Counted from the stretch's first letter, positions 18,100-26,874 are shown. The stretch: 38,017 bases of DNA from Nitrospinota bacterium (GCA_016207035.1 JACQQJ010000054.1:1-38017), one strand, 5' to 3'. Notes: generated by a model from the sequence alone, not told the origin. Program-made: numbers and translations.

Positions 18100-18861
18100 C
18101 TAATATTTTTTTACCAGGGAACAAAAGTCAGGCCATAGCTCTTGTTCAATATTCATGGTTTCTAATACCTCACGATATTTTTTTATAAAATATTGCGGAT
18201 CTGGAGGTTTGCTTGCCAGCTCCTGAATAATAGGCAATACTCTCTCACCTACCAATTTTAGGTCAATAAATTTATTCTTAGAATAGGCCCTACTAAATCT
18301 CTCTTGCCAATAAGAACTGTTTGATTCTACTTTAAACTTAATATAATTCAAAATCAGCGATACCTGGTCTCCCTGAGATTCATTCTTTCTGTTTGGAAAC
18401 TTATTTTTGAGAAAATCAACAAGCCTTTGATTCCCCACTCTGTATAAGTCAATTCCGTAATTGTTCTTTAGCCATGGATAAAAAATAGCATGCTCCATAA
18501 CCTCAAGTAAAGGGCCAAACAAAGAATCATATCGTTTTTGCTGTTCATCAGATATGTTCCTATTTTCCCTCGGAAAACTATGTAAAGTCAGCCATAAATG
18601 ACCCATTTCGTGAGAAACAGGTAGCTCTTTCTCAGGCGTCATTGGTGCTAATGACTTTAAACAGATAAAGAACCTTTTTTCACTGCCGGTGAAGCATGCC
18701 TCATCTTCTGTCAATTCAGGAGATTTGCCTGTGATTATTTCATATTCTAACTCATCAACAAAGACTAGTGGACGCCCATCAGAGTGTGAGAGAATATCAT
18801 CCATCAGTTTTTGAAGAGTAGGACTAAGTTGTGACCTAATATCTTCGCTATCCATTAACAC
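18100..18861 (-). CDS. Hypothetical protein with HEXXH zinc-metallopeptidase motif
   Basis: VSHEMGHLWL with downstream LLEVMEH; no signal peptide. Confidence 0.7.
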   Translation of the reverse strand: MLMDSEDIRSQLSPTLQKLMDDILSHSDGRPLVFVDELEYEIITGKSPELTEDEACFTGSEKRFFICLKSLAPMTPEKELPVSHEMGHLWLTLHSFPRENRNISDEQQKRYDSLFGPLLEVMEHAIFYPWLKNNYGIDLYRVGNQRLVDFLKNKFPNRKNESQGDQVSLILNYIKFKVESNSSYWQERFSRAYSKNKFIDLKLVGERVLPIIQELASKPPDPQYFIKKYREVLETMNIEQELWPDFCSLVKKY

Positions 18862-18890
18862 ATCTACATTTTATTATTAAAGTATGTTAC

Positions 18891-18925
18891 AAAATAACAC
18901 AACTAACTGACAACCAATGGTCAGT
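18891..18925 (-). promoter_or_regulatory. Operator/promoter-like motif after WYL remnant (copy 2)
   Basis: Perfect ACTGAC-N8-GTCAGT (18906-18925); minus strand TGTCAG-N10-TATTTT upstream of the HEXXH gene. Confidence 0.5.
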
Positions 18926-18930
18926 CTTAT

Positions 18931-19077
18931 TTATAATTTGTCATACTTCCTCAACATCGCCTTCATCTCCTCTGTTACCTCTTTCCTAAGTTCAGGGGAG
19001 GACAAAATCTCAACATGAGGTATCCAGTGGTATATCCACCATTTAAGTCCTATATTCCCCTTATACTGGAAACAGAA
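18931..19077 (-). pseudogene. 3' remnant of a WYL-domain regulator (WCX domain), copy 2
   Basis: GLKWWIYHWIPHVEILSSPELRKEVTEEMKAMLRKYDKL*; homologous to 16550-16704 at DNA and protein level. Confidence 0.65.
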
Positions 19078-20274
19078 TTATGAGCAACGGAACCAGGGGC
19101 GCACCACAAAATTTTCACGGCTATATAATGTTTCACCACCGTGAATCAGCACCCCTGTTTTTGAAGCTGGGGGACCAAAGGTAGTGTAATATCTGAGTCC
19201 GTCAAATAATGATCTGCCAATGGTCTCTGTAGATTTTACCTCTACAGGGATTAGTTTTTTCCCTATATCCATCACAACATCAATCTCATGCCCCGTCCTG
19301 TCCCGCCAGAAATAGAGGGGCGGTGCCTCTCCCCTGTGGGCAAAGGACTTGTAAAGCTCTGCCAGAACAAAGGTCTCAAATATCGCCCCCTTCATGGCAT
19401 GGTCAGCGATATCCTCAGGCTCTCGTATCCTGAGGAGATAACACAAGAGGCCTGTATCGAGGAAATAGAGCTTTGGACTCTTTATTATCCTCTTTGAGAA
19501 ATTTGTATGATGAGGAGGAAGAAGGTGTATGATAAAACCTGCCTGGAGTATTGAGGTCCAGTGTCTTGCAGTAGTATGGGATATCCCGCAGTCTGCCGCA
19601 ATGGATGATAGATTAAGCAATTGCCCTGTTCTGCCTGCGCACAGTCTTACAAACCTTTGAAATGTCTCAAGGTTGCCGATATTAGCCACCTCCCGCACAT
19701 CCCTCTCCACATAAGTCCTGTAATATGCAGAAAGCCAGTCATGAGGCTCTAATCCCCTGTCATGTATGCGAGGATAAAGGCCGGAGTAAAGTATCTCTTC
19801 CATGCTGAATGCAGGCTTCTTTATCGCTGATGGCAATATTTCAATCTTCCACGGGTCAGATTCTAGTCTGTTCAACAGTTCATCGAGGCTTAAGGGGAGA
19901 AGTTGAACTATGGCGGTTCTTCCTGCAAGGGTCTGACTGACCTTTTCCATGAGGTGAAATTGCTGAGAACCTGTAAGTATAAATCTTCCCGGAGCTTCAT
20001 TACTATCAACAATCCCCTGGATATAAGAAAGAAGTATCGGCGCTTTCTGAATTTCATCAAGAATTACACCACCGCTGAATCTCCTCAGGAATCCCTTAGG
20101 GTCAGCAATGGCAAACTCTCTCTCATGAGGCTCTTCAAGACTAACATAGTTGTGCTTCTTAAAAAGTATCTTTGCAAGGGTTGTCTTTCCAGACTGACGG
20201 GGGCCTGTTATGGATACAACCGGGAACTTCCTTACAAGGTCAATTAGCTTTCTGGATAGGGTTCGTTTAAACAT
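19078..20274 (-). CDS. AAA+ ATPase, COG1373 type (AAA_14 + DUF4143)
   Basis: GPRQSGKTT, ILDEIQ, FILTGS, LAGR, YVERDVR, KSPKLYFLDTGL, EIDVV...IPVEVKS; start reassigned to ATG 20274. Confidence 0.93.
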   Translation of the reverse strand: MFKRTLSRKLIDLVRKFPVVSITGPRQSGKTTLAKILFKKHNYVSLEEPHEREFAIADPKGFLRRFSGGVILDEIQKAPILLSYIQGIVDSNEAPGRFILTGSQQFHLMEKVSQTLAGRTAIVQLLPLSLDELLNRLESDPWKIEILPSAIKKPAFSMEEILYSGLYPRIHDRGLEPHDWLSAYYRTYVERDVREVANIGNLETFQRFVRLCAGRTGQLLNLSSIAADCGISHTTARHWTSILQAGFIIHLLPPHHTNFSKRIIKSPKLYFLDTGLLCYLLRIREPEDIADHAMKGAIFETFVLAELYKSFAHRGEAPPLYFWRDRTGHEIDVVMDIGKKLIPVEVKSTETIGRSLFDGLRYYTTFGPPASKTGVLIHGGETLYSRENFVVRPWFRCS

Positions 20275-20280
20275 GGATAA

Positions 20281-20336
20281 ATTATAAATCAAACAAGGCA
20301 ATATGTCAAATTGAAAGCAATACTTTCAATTTGACA
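20281..20336 (-). promoter_or_regulatory. Consensus sigma70 promoter with a 14-bp inverted repeat over the -35
   Basis: TTGACA (20304-20309)-17-TATAAT (20281-20286); TGTCAAATTGAAAG-N5-CTTTCAATTTGACA at 20304-20336. Confidence 0.75.
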
Positions 20337-20462
20337 GAACACGGATGGTTGAGGATTTGTGGTATAAGGGTAGGATAGCTGCTGAAGATTATCTTTTATG
20401 CTATCTCAATATCGATATAACCTGCAATAAATCCTTTTCCTTTTTGGACTTAAACATTCACA

Positions 20463-20491
20463 TTGACAACTCTTTTGTTAATCTATAATAT
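20463..20491 (+). promoter_or_regulatory. Probable sigma70 promoter of the 20.5-30.4 kb cluster
   Basis: TTGACA followed by TATAAT (15-nt spacer) or TAATAT (17-nt spacer), ~50 nt upstream of ATG 20541. Confidence 0.6.
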
Positions 20492-20540
20492 TAAAAAACA
20501 GCTTCCTGCCAGAATCCTGAATAAAAGAGGCTAAATTACT

Positions 20541-21473
20541 ATGGAAAATCTCAAAAAACTTTGGTGGCCTAAAAAGAGGCATCTATCCAACATTAACTCC
20601 ATAGTAAAGAAGCACAGGATAGGTGTGGAGAAGAATCTTTTTCCGCTGGTCAATGCCTATTACCCGGTATTGGTGACCAAACATAGCGGTGAGTTCCGCA
20701 AGATGATCGAGCTTACCACCAAGATGACCATGGTGGGCCGCGCCTGTACAGAAATTGCCGGCTACCCATTTGATGAAAGACGGCTGAAGATAAGCAGTCT
20801 CTTCGGTGCATGTTGTTTCCTTGCAGATAGTTTTATTGATGATTTTGGAGAGGAGGCTTCAAAGGAATACATCGAACGCTTTGAGCTCCTCCTTACAAAG
20901 GGATGGTTTGAGATAAGGACAAAACGGGAGGGGCTCTTCTATATTATCGTGTCGAGGATCTTTGCAGAGAGAGATGTGCTCGATACAGTAATCAGGCAGG
21001 CTATATTCTGGCAATTTATGGCACAGAAGAGGGATATCGGTTTGCGCCTCAGTCTGTTGCATTTCTCAAAGCTATCTCATTCAAAGAAGCTCAATCTCTT
21101 AAGGGAGTGCGGACGGGATAAAGGGGGCTGCGTTGCCTCGGTTTTATCACTCCTCCTTGTGCCAGAGATACCGCTCAGATATCGGCATCTGTTCTATATG
21201 GCAGGCATGCTCTTTCAGTATATTGATGACTATGGTGATTATCATTACGATCGGTATTACAATAGGATGACTTACATGAATCAGGTACGATATCCCTCAG
21301 GCACCCTGCGCAGAATATTATATAAATATATCCAGATACTGCACGAAGGATTGCCTGGATGCATGGGCAGGGATATTCTGCTCACATTCCTCCTAAGGTA
21401 TTTTGTTACAAGGATTGAGAAGCACAGGCTTGAACAGTACAGGGGAGAATACTCCTGGACCACCTATGAATAG
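20541..21473 (+). CDS. Class I isoprenoid synthase / terpene-synthase-fold protein (divergent)
   Basis: First Asp-rich motif FLADSFIDD, DKGG, second motif FQYIDDYGD (cf. FQxxDDxxD of trans-prenyltransferases); predominantly helical character. Confidence 0.7.
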   Translation: MENLKKLWWPKKRHLSNINSIVKKHRIGVEKNLFPLVNAYYPVLVTKHSGEFRKMIELTTKMTMVGRACTEIAGYPFDERRLKISSLFGACCFLADSFIDDFGEEASKEYIERFELLLTKGWFEIRTKREGLFYIIVSRIFAERDVLDTVIRQAIFWQFMAQKRDIGLRLSLLHFSKLSHSKKLNLLRECGRDKGGCVASVLSLLLVPEIPLRYRHLFYMAGMLFQYIDDYGDYHYDRYYNRMTYMNQVRYPSGTLRRILYKYIQILHEGLPGCMGRDILLTFLLRYFVTRIEKHRLEQYRGEYSWTTYE

Positions 21474-22110
21474 GCAGCGTAAATGGGGCTTTACCGCGAT
21501 AGGTGATGCCATCGCAGTAAAACTCCAGACCCTGCGGGGAGAGGGGAAGATTAATGATGAACAACCCCTCCTTAAGCTTGATTATAGAGATCAGGGGGCA
21601 AAGGCGCCGTTCCAATACGATGTAGCAAACGCTACAGTGCATAGAACCGGATGCAGTGCAATTCCTGACAGTTCTCAATATGCGCTGTATGCCATGTGGG
21701 AACTGAAGGAAAGGGACAGGAAGTTCACCTGCAGAAAATGCCGACCTGAATTAATAAAAGACAACGGTATGAAAAAAGATAACGCCTCTGACATTCTGTA
21801 TGGTTTTCTATCCATTCTGGACCAATTTGGTTCAGTCCTTGCCGAAAGGGGAAAGGAATACCGTAATTCCAGACATGGAAAACAGGTGTCAAATACTATT
21901 GATACTATTTTATCGGAACTCGACAACCAGCAGAGAGAGGGGATTAAATTTGCATTTTCATCCATAGACAGTCTGTTAAGGCTTATTCATGAGTATAATA
22001 ATACTTTGGAGAATGGGGCGAATAATGGTCGCAAAGTTAGCCTGAGACGGAACAACGGCCGAACGATGAAAGCGTCACAGAAGAGTAAGGGATCGAAGAA
22101 AAGAGATTGA
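21466..22110 (+). CDS. Hypothetical protein with H-x3-C...C-x2-C-x-P zinc-binding motif and helical C-terminus
   Basis: VHRTGCSAI...FTCRKCRP; start reassigned to ATG 21466 overlapping the upstream stop. Confidence 0.7.
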   Translation: MNRQRKWGFTAIGDAIAVKLQTLRGEGKINDEQPLLKLDYRDQGAKAPFQYDVANATVHRTGCSAIPDSSQYALYAMWELKERDRKFTCRKCRPELIKDNGMKKDNASDILYGFLSILDQFGSVLAERGKEYRNSRHGKQVSNTIDTILSELDNQQREGIKFAFSSIDSLLRLIHEYNNTLENGANNGRKVSLRRNNGRTMKASQKSKGSKKRD

Positions 22111-22117
22111 AAAAAAC

Positions 22118-22145
22118 TTGACAATACATAAAATTGTGCAATACT
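22118..22145 (+). promoter_or_regulatory. Possible internal promoter
   Basis: TTGACA preceded by an A-tract, 16-nt spacer, TGnAATACT, in the 57-bp gap before 22168. Confidence 0.4.
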
Positions 22146-22167
22146 TGGTGCAAGGAGAACTCGCCCA

Positions 22168-22383
22168 TTGTCTGCCCTAATAATACTTAAAGTGAGATTA
22201 GGTCCTCTTGTATCGCTGGAGGTAACCGGAGAGAGCTGCAAAGAGATCTGCGAGGCGCTGAAGGGCTATGAGGACCTGAACAAACAGGTTGATGCCATGT
22301 GCGCTGATCTTGCTGAACGTGTCTACCCTGAAGGTGATGAACCTGCCGTTAAACAAGAACAGGAGGTGCAGAATGAAGTTTAA
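22168..22383 (+). CDS. Small hypothetical protein
   Basis: 71 aa; AAGGAG SD before TTG; overlaps the next gene. Confidence 0.7.
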   Translation: MSALIILKVRLGPLVSLEVTGESCKEICEALKGYEDLNKQVDAMCADLAERVYPEGDEPAVKQEQEVQNEV

Positions 22384-22801
22384 AGCCCAGGGTGTTATGA
22401 AGAGTTGCCCCAACTTTGCAACAGATGTAAAGGCGGGGCCACTGGACTTTGAGATCACTGCAGGTGCAAGGCTTGAGGGGGCTTTAGGCCCCGTAGATGC
22501 CTCTATGGATGAAATACCCATAAGGCTGGCTATCCCTTTTCTCAGACGAACCAATAGACCTGTAGTTGCGTCCATCGGTGGCTTTAAAGTAAAACTTAAT
22601 CCCTTCGGAATAAAGGTTGAGCTGGCAAATGTGAATGTAAAAGGGATACTCGGCACAAAGGGGATACAGGTAAAGGCTGATGCCCGTGTGGACTGCAAGA
22701 CAGATATGAAGCTGAAAGGTGAGTTGGCCGGGAAAGGTGGCGTAATAGAGGTTAATCTTGGCGATGAGGATTTAGATTTTGATGAGCATGAATGCAAATA
22801 A
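22373..22801 (+). CDS. Hypothetical beta-rich protein
   Basis: Start reassigned to ATG 22373 (AGGAGGT SD); alternating hydrophobic pattern; acidic C-terminus. Confidence 0.75.
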   Translation: MKFKAQGVMKSCPNFATDVKAGPLDFEITAGARLEGALGPVDASMDEIPIRLAIPFLRRTNRPVVASIGGFKVKLNPFGIKVELANVNVKGILGTKGIQVKADARVDCKTDMKLKGELAGKGGVIEVNLGDEDLDFDEHECK

Positions 22802-22816
22802 AACGGAGGACTTTGT

Positions 22817-23527
22817 TTGAACTGCCATATACCCTCTCGAAGAAATTTTTGTATACCGACGGTTAAGCACCATGTTATATGCCGGCATCAGATTGAAGTG
22901 GAGGTTGTGCCCGCCCTTGCAGAGGTCTATTTTCAGGATGAACGTTATGAAGACGCGGTTGATACACAGGTGCGCTTTACTGCATCAGTATATAATGCAC
23001 CGACAGAAAAAGTCTCATGGCAGGTCTTGAGTTTGGCAGGCGGTCCTGGCGCAGGCACTATCGATGCGTCAGGGCTTTACACAGCCCCCCTCAAGGGAGG
23101 TCACCCTTTTACAGTAACCGATATCATTGTTGCAACTTCCGTAGATGACCCCATGAGAAAGGCCTATGTTCGGGTTACCATCGTAGGTAGAGGACCCGAA
23201 CCTTTGCCAGTGCCAAAACTTGAGGTCTTTCCTAAAACAGCATTTCTCTATTATCCTGAAGGGGCACACAACAATCATATAGATAAAAGCAACACCATGC
23301 AACTCTTCCGTACGAGGATACACAATGCCCTCAACCCTCAGATTAAGTGGTATGTGGATAATACTGAAAAACAGAGCGGTTACCAGGACTGGTATCTTTA
23401 TGAGCTCAGCGGTTCGGGGGCTCAAAAAACCGTCAGGATAAAGGCAAGTATAACAATAGGTTTAAATACAATACAAGATGAGGCAGTAGTCATGCAGCTT
23501 AATTATTCATGGCCGGGCATAGTATAG
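22817..23527 (+). CDS. Hypothetical protein with Ig-like domain(s)
   Basis: GGAGGA SD before TTG; VRFTASV...VSWQV...GAGTIDASGLYTAP is a bacterial Ig-like signature; Cys/His-containing N-terminus; no signal peptide. Confidence 0.75.
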   Translation: MNCHIPSRRNFCIPTVKHHVICRHQIEVEVVPALAEVYFQDERYEDAVDTQVRFTASVYNAPTEKVSWQVLSLAGGPGAGTIDASGLYTAPLKGGHPFTVTDIIVATSVDDPMRKAYVRVTIVGRGPEPLPVPKLEVFPKTAFLYYPEGAHNNHIDKSNTMQLFRTRIHNALNPQIKWYVDNTEKQSGYQDWYLYELSGSGAQKTVRIKASITIGLNTIQDEAVVMQLNYSWPGIV

Positions 23528-23551
23528 CAGCGGTCTGAGAGCGATTTTCTT

Positions 23552-24322
23552 ATGGCAACGGATGTCAGGATTACATCAGATTCTAAGATAGGGATTAAAG
23601 GTGTTGATGGTGCTGATCATCTCCATGTAGATATCAACTATATAGACCCTTTACGCATAAGCCAGGTTCAGAAAATAGCCCCTGTTGCCGTCCATATAAA
23701 AGAGGTCAATCATATAGATCCCATATCAGTGGAAGCCCTGAATGTAAGCGAGGTCAGAAATATCGACCCCATAAAGGTTGAAAAGTTCAGCGTAACAAAC
23801 CTCCCCATGGTAAATATGTCCCTGCGACAATTACCGCCGGTTGATATGAATATAAGGAAGCTGCCGCCTCTGTCTGTAGGCACACATCAGGATTTTCATG
23901 TCCCCTCAGACTACACGGTAAGCGGGAGGCTTCTTGGGATAGAGTTCTTCCGTATCCGGATTGACGGCTGCACAAATATTATTCCGAGGGAAAGGTTCAG
24001 ACAGGAACAGGAGAGGGTGCCCAGCAGAAGTTTTCCAGTCCCTGCTGCAGGAGGAAACAAGGCCATTCCATCTGTCTGCAGGGAGACCTCAGTAAGCACC
24101 TCGCATATTTCATCATGCAGGCATGACCACAAGGGATTTAAAATGAAAAAAGACCTTACAAACTTTCACAGGGGGACTTATGGAAGCAGTCTACATGCTG
24201 TGTCTCCGTCTGTTGAGAGAAAAGGCTCCATCTCCTTTGGCATGCCGCATACGAATTTTTATATGTCCGGGACGAAAACAATAGATACAACCAGTGAGAG
24301 TTCAGTAAGCAGTGGAGATTAA
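23552..24322 (+). CDS. Hypothetical protein with internal IDP/LPP repeats
   Basis: NYIDPL, KIAPV, NHIDPI, RNIDPI, NLPMV, QLPPV, KLPPL repeats; Ser-rich tail. Confidence 0.75.
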   Translation: MATDVRITSDSKIGIKGVDGADHLHVDINYIDPLRISQVQKIAPVAVHIKEVNHIDPISVEALNVSEVRNIDPIKVEKFSVTNLPMVNMSLRQLPPVDMNIRKLPPLSVGTHQDFHVPSDYTVSGRLLGIEFFRIRIDGCTNIIPRERFRQEQERVPSRSFPVPAAGGNKAIPSVCRETSVSTSHISSCRHDHKGFKMKKDLTNFHRGTYGSSLHAVSPSVERKGSISFGMPHTNFYMSGTKTIDTTSESSVSSGD

Positions 24323-24325
24323 GAT

Positions 24326-24604
24326 ATGCATCAATTCAGCCACACCAATTATCAAGGACAATGCTGCAAACCTGTCCATTATCCAGGACTTGCAGGTATT
24401 TTCAGCGGTATTATAAATCTGACGACAACAGCACTATACGGTGGCACAAGTATTGTGAGGAGGATCGTGGAAGGTTCTGTCTGGCATGGGGTATGTGATT
24501 GCTGCTCACCATGGTATAATCAGTGCAACCGCTGTTGTCAGCCAGAACGCCACTGTTACTGCATTGAGTGTGAGCCAACGAGTTATACATCCTGCTGTCG
24601 CTGA
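24326..24604 (+). CDS. Small Cys-rich protein
   Basis: 13 Cys in 92 aa including four CC pairs; GGAG SD; 3 bp after the upstream stop. Confidence 0.75.
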   Translation: MHQFSHTNYQGQCCKPVHYPGLAGIFSGIINLTTTALYGGTSIVRRIVEGSVWHGVCDCCSPWYNQCNRCCQPERHCYCIECEPTSYTSCCR

Positions 24605-24675
24605 TGATATGGGTTAAATCTCCCTGCTGAAGAGAGGGGGCGGTAATCTCTCTTCATGAACATTTTGGGTGAGAT

Positions 24676-25395
24676 ATGAAATCAACTGAAACAGATAAAA
24701 GACAAAAAAATTCCAGAAAAAGGAAGACATCCGGGAAAAGGACAAATAAATCTGATGGCAAAACATCAAAGGGCTCACCAGCAGGCAGATTATCAGCACA
24801 TGAACTTCTAAGCCGAACAGAACAACTGAGTTCTATTCTCACCAAAGGGCTTGATCTGGCTGAGGCAAGCATAAGGCTTGGAATAAATCTCGTGAATAAA
24901 TTTGGCTCTGTTGCACAGGGACAGATTATCGACAGGCTGTCAGGCCCTATTCTTCATGGACCTGCGCCGTATCAGAAAAACCCTGAGGAGCAAGGATCCT
25001 CTGCCCAGGGCTATCAGAATACCGAAGAGGCCGGCATTCCTCAACCATCTGATACGCATAAAAACCTTTATATAGTAAACCGCCTGCCGCTTTTTTCAGG
25101 GAGTCCTGTACAACTCTCTTTTTCGATTAATAATGATTCAGCCTCTGCTGCAAAAAAGATTCACCTCGAGATAGAGGATTTCATCGGGGCAACCAGCCGT
25201 TTTAAGATAAAATCTAAAATGTTTTCAATAAAGCCATCAAATATCATAATAGCACCAATGGATTTTGAGAAATTTGTCCTGACAGGGAAGGTCCCGGCTG
25301 AAGCACCTGCAGATTCCTATAATAGCTGGATAAAGTTCTCAGGCGAAGAGGAGATAAAGATACCTGTTATTCTGGCGGTAAGTGCTCAGCCATAG
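24676..25395 (+). CDS. Hypothetical protein: basic low-complexity N-terminus, amphipathic helix, C-terminal beta-sandwich-like domain
   Basis: K/R/S-rich start; LSSILTKGLDLAEASIRLGINLVNKFG helix; VQLSFSINND...VPAEAPADSY C-terminal domain. Confidence 0.75.
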   Translation: MKSTETDKRQKNSRKRKTSGKRTNKSDGKTSKGSPAGRLSAHELLSRTEQLSSILTKGLDLAEASIRLGINLVNKFGSVAQGQIIDRLSGPILHGPAPYQKNPEEQGSSAQGYQNTEEAGIPQPSDTHKNLYIVNRLPLFSGSPVQLSFSINNDSASAAKKIHLEIEDFIGATSRFKIKSKMFSIKPSNIIIAPMDFEKFVLTGKVPAEAPADSYNSWIKFSGEEEIKIPVILAVSAQP

Positions 25396-25431
25396 AAGAA
25401 TGCAATTTATTTTATATCTTTCGGTCATACT

Positions 25432-26874
25432 ATGGTTTTCGATGTCATAATAGTCGGCGCAGGGCCGGGCGGAAGTAGTGCTGCTACATTTTTGGCCGCT
25501 CAGGGTATATCAACCCTGCTTCTGGATAAGGCAACTTTTCCGCGGGATAAGGTATGCGGTGATTGCCTGGCACCGCAGGCTCTTTACTGGCTTGATGAAC
25601 TGGGCTGTGTAGATGAGGTTCTGGATCAGGCAGATTCATGCATCACCGCAGGTTATATCTTTCTGAACGGAAAATATTTATTCACAGGGGATTTTCCGCA
25701 GAATACCCGGTATCCAGGTTTCTGTACACTCCTTGAGAGAAAAAAGCTGGATTATATTATGGTGAAAAATGCAGTAAAAAAAGGTGCGATTTTCAAACCA
25801 GGTTGTCTCGTAAAGCGGATATACAGAAATGATGATTATATTATTGTAGATGCTGTATCCGAAGGCACAGATATACAGTTCAAAGGCAGGCTCCTCATAG
25901 GTGCGGACGGTGCGAATTCTATAGTTTCTCGTTCTATCGGCAATGTATTGAGGGACGGTACCACTGCTGTTTCAGTGCGGGCATATTATGAAAATGTTCA
26001 TGGAGAATGGCCCCAGATACAGGTATATATCGATGAAAGGTTTTTCCCTGGCATCGGCTGGGTATTTGTAAATAACAGGGGAAGGGCCAATATAGGTATA
26101 GGCTATATCTTTGACAAAAATTTTCCTGTGAAGGATAACCTAAGAAAGGTTTTTGATGATTTCGTCAACAGGGATTTGAAAAGATATTTAAAGGGTTCCA
26201 GGCCAGCAAGCCCAACCGCAGGGTGGTGGGCCTCATTTTTCAGGCCCAGAACAGTGATAGCTGACAGGGTGATGCTTATCGGTGATGCAGCTAATCTTGC
26301 CGATCCTATAAACGGCGCAGGAATCCATAAGGCTATGGAAAGTGCTTATATAGCTTCAACATCGGCAGTGCATGCTGTTGCGACAGATGATTATTCTGTT
26401 GCTGCCCTGAGGAGATATGAAGCACTCTGGAGAGAAATGGACGGATTTGACTGGCAGGTGCGTCAGTTACTGCTTTCCATCGCAAAAAATCCAAACCTTA
26501 AGGAGGTTTATCTGCTTCTTATAAAGTATATAGCGAGGCTTGCAAGGGCGGATGCACGATTTCAGGGTTTTTGCGGAGGGGTCTTTAGCGGCATCATACC
26601 TGCTGGTGATTCTATTTCACCTGCTGCCTTACTGGATGCTATTCCCCTTGATCCGGCTGTATGGTTTTCTCTGTTCAGGGCCTCAGACAGGTCAGTATCT
26701 CTCCCTGTTCATGATACAATCTTAGCCGGGCTGAATGTTATAAAAACTGTTGGCAGATTTGCCTCGAACCCATCTGAGAACATCGACTGGGGGGTCGAGG
26801 TTTTTAATAACGCAATTGGAACAGCATCCGGCATTATGCAGTTGCCATTGCTCGCTGCAGGTATTGAAACATAA
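25432..26874 (+). CDS. Geranylgeranyl reductase family FAD-dependent oxidoreductase (paralogue 1)
   Basis: DVIIVGAGPGGS, FPRDKVCGD, IGADGANS, PGIGWVF, IGDAANLADPINGAGIHKAMES; C-terminal extension. Confidence 0.88.
   Translation: MVFDVIIVGAGPGGSSAATFLAAQGISTLLLDKATFPRDKVCGDCLAPQALYWLDELGCVDEVLDQADSCITAGYIFLNGKYLFTGDFPQNTRYPGFCTLLERKKLDYIMVKNAVKKGAIFKPGCLVKRIYRNDDYIIVDAVSEGTDIQFKGRLLIGADGANSIVSRSIGNVLRDGTTAVSVRAYYENVHGEWPQIQVYIDERFFPGIGWVFVNNRGRANIGIGYIFDKNFPVKDNLRKVFDDFVNRDLKRYLKGSRPASPTAGWWASFFRPRTVIADRVMLIGDAANLADPINGAGIHKAMESAYIASTSAVHAVATDDYSVAALRRYEALWREMDGFDWQVRQLLLSIAKNPNLKEVYLLLIKYIARLARADARFQGFCGGVFSGIIPAGDSISPAALLDAIPLDPAVWFSLFRASDRSVSLPVHDTILAGLNVIKTVGRFASNPSENIDWGVEVFNNAIGTASGIMQLPLLAAGIET

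Noticed and set aside
22198-22797. 199-aa minus-strand ORF and other antisense ORFs in the track (e.g. 3961-4398, 9662-10036, 27170-27640)
   Set aside because: Shadow frames of better-supported genes on the opposite strand; no motifs or RBS
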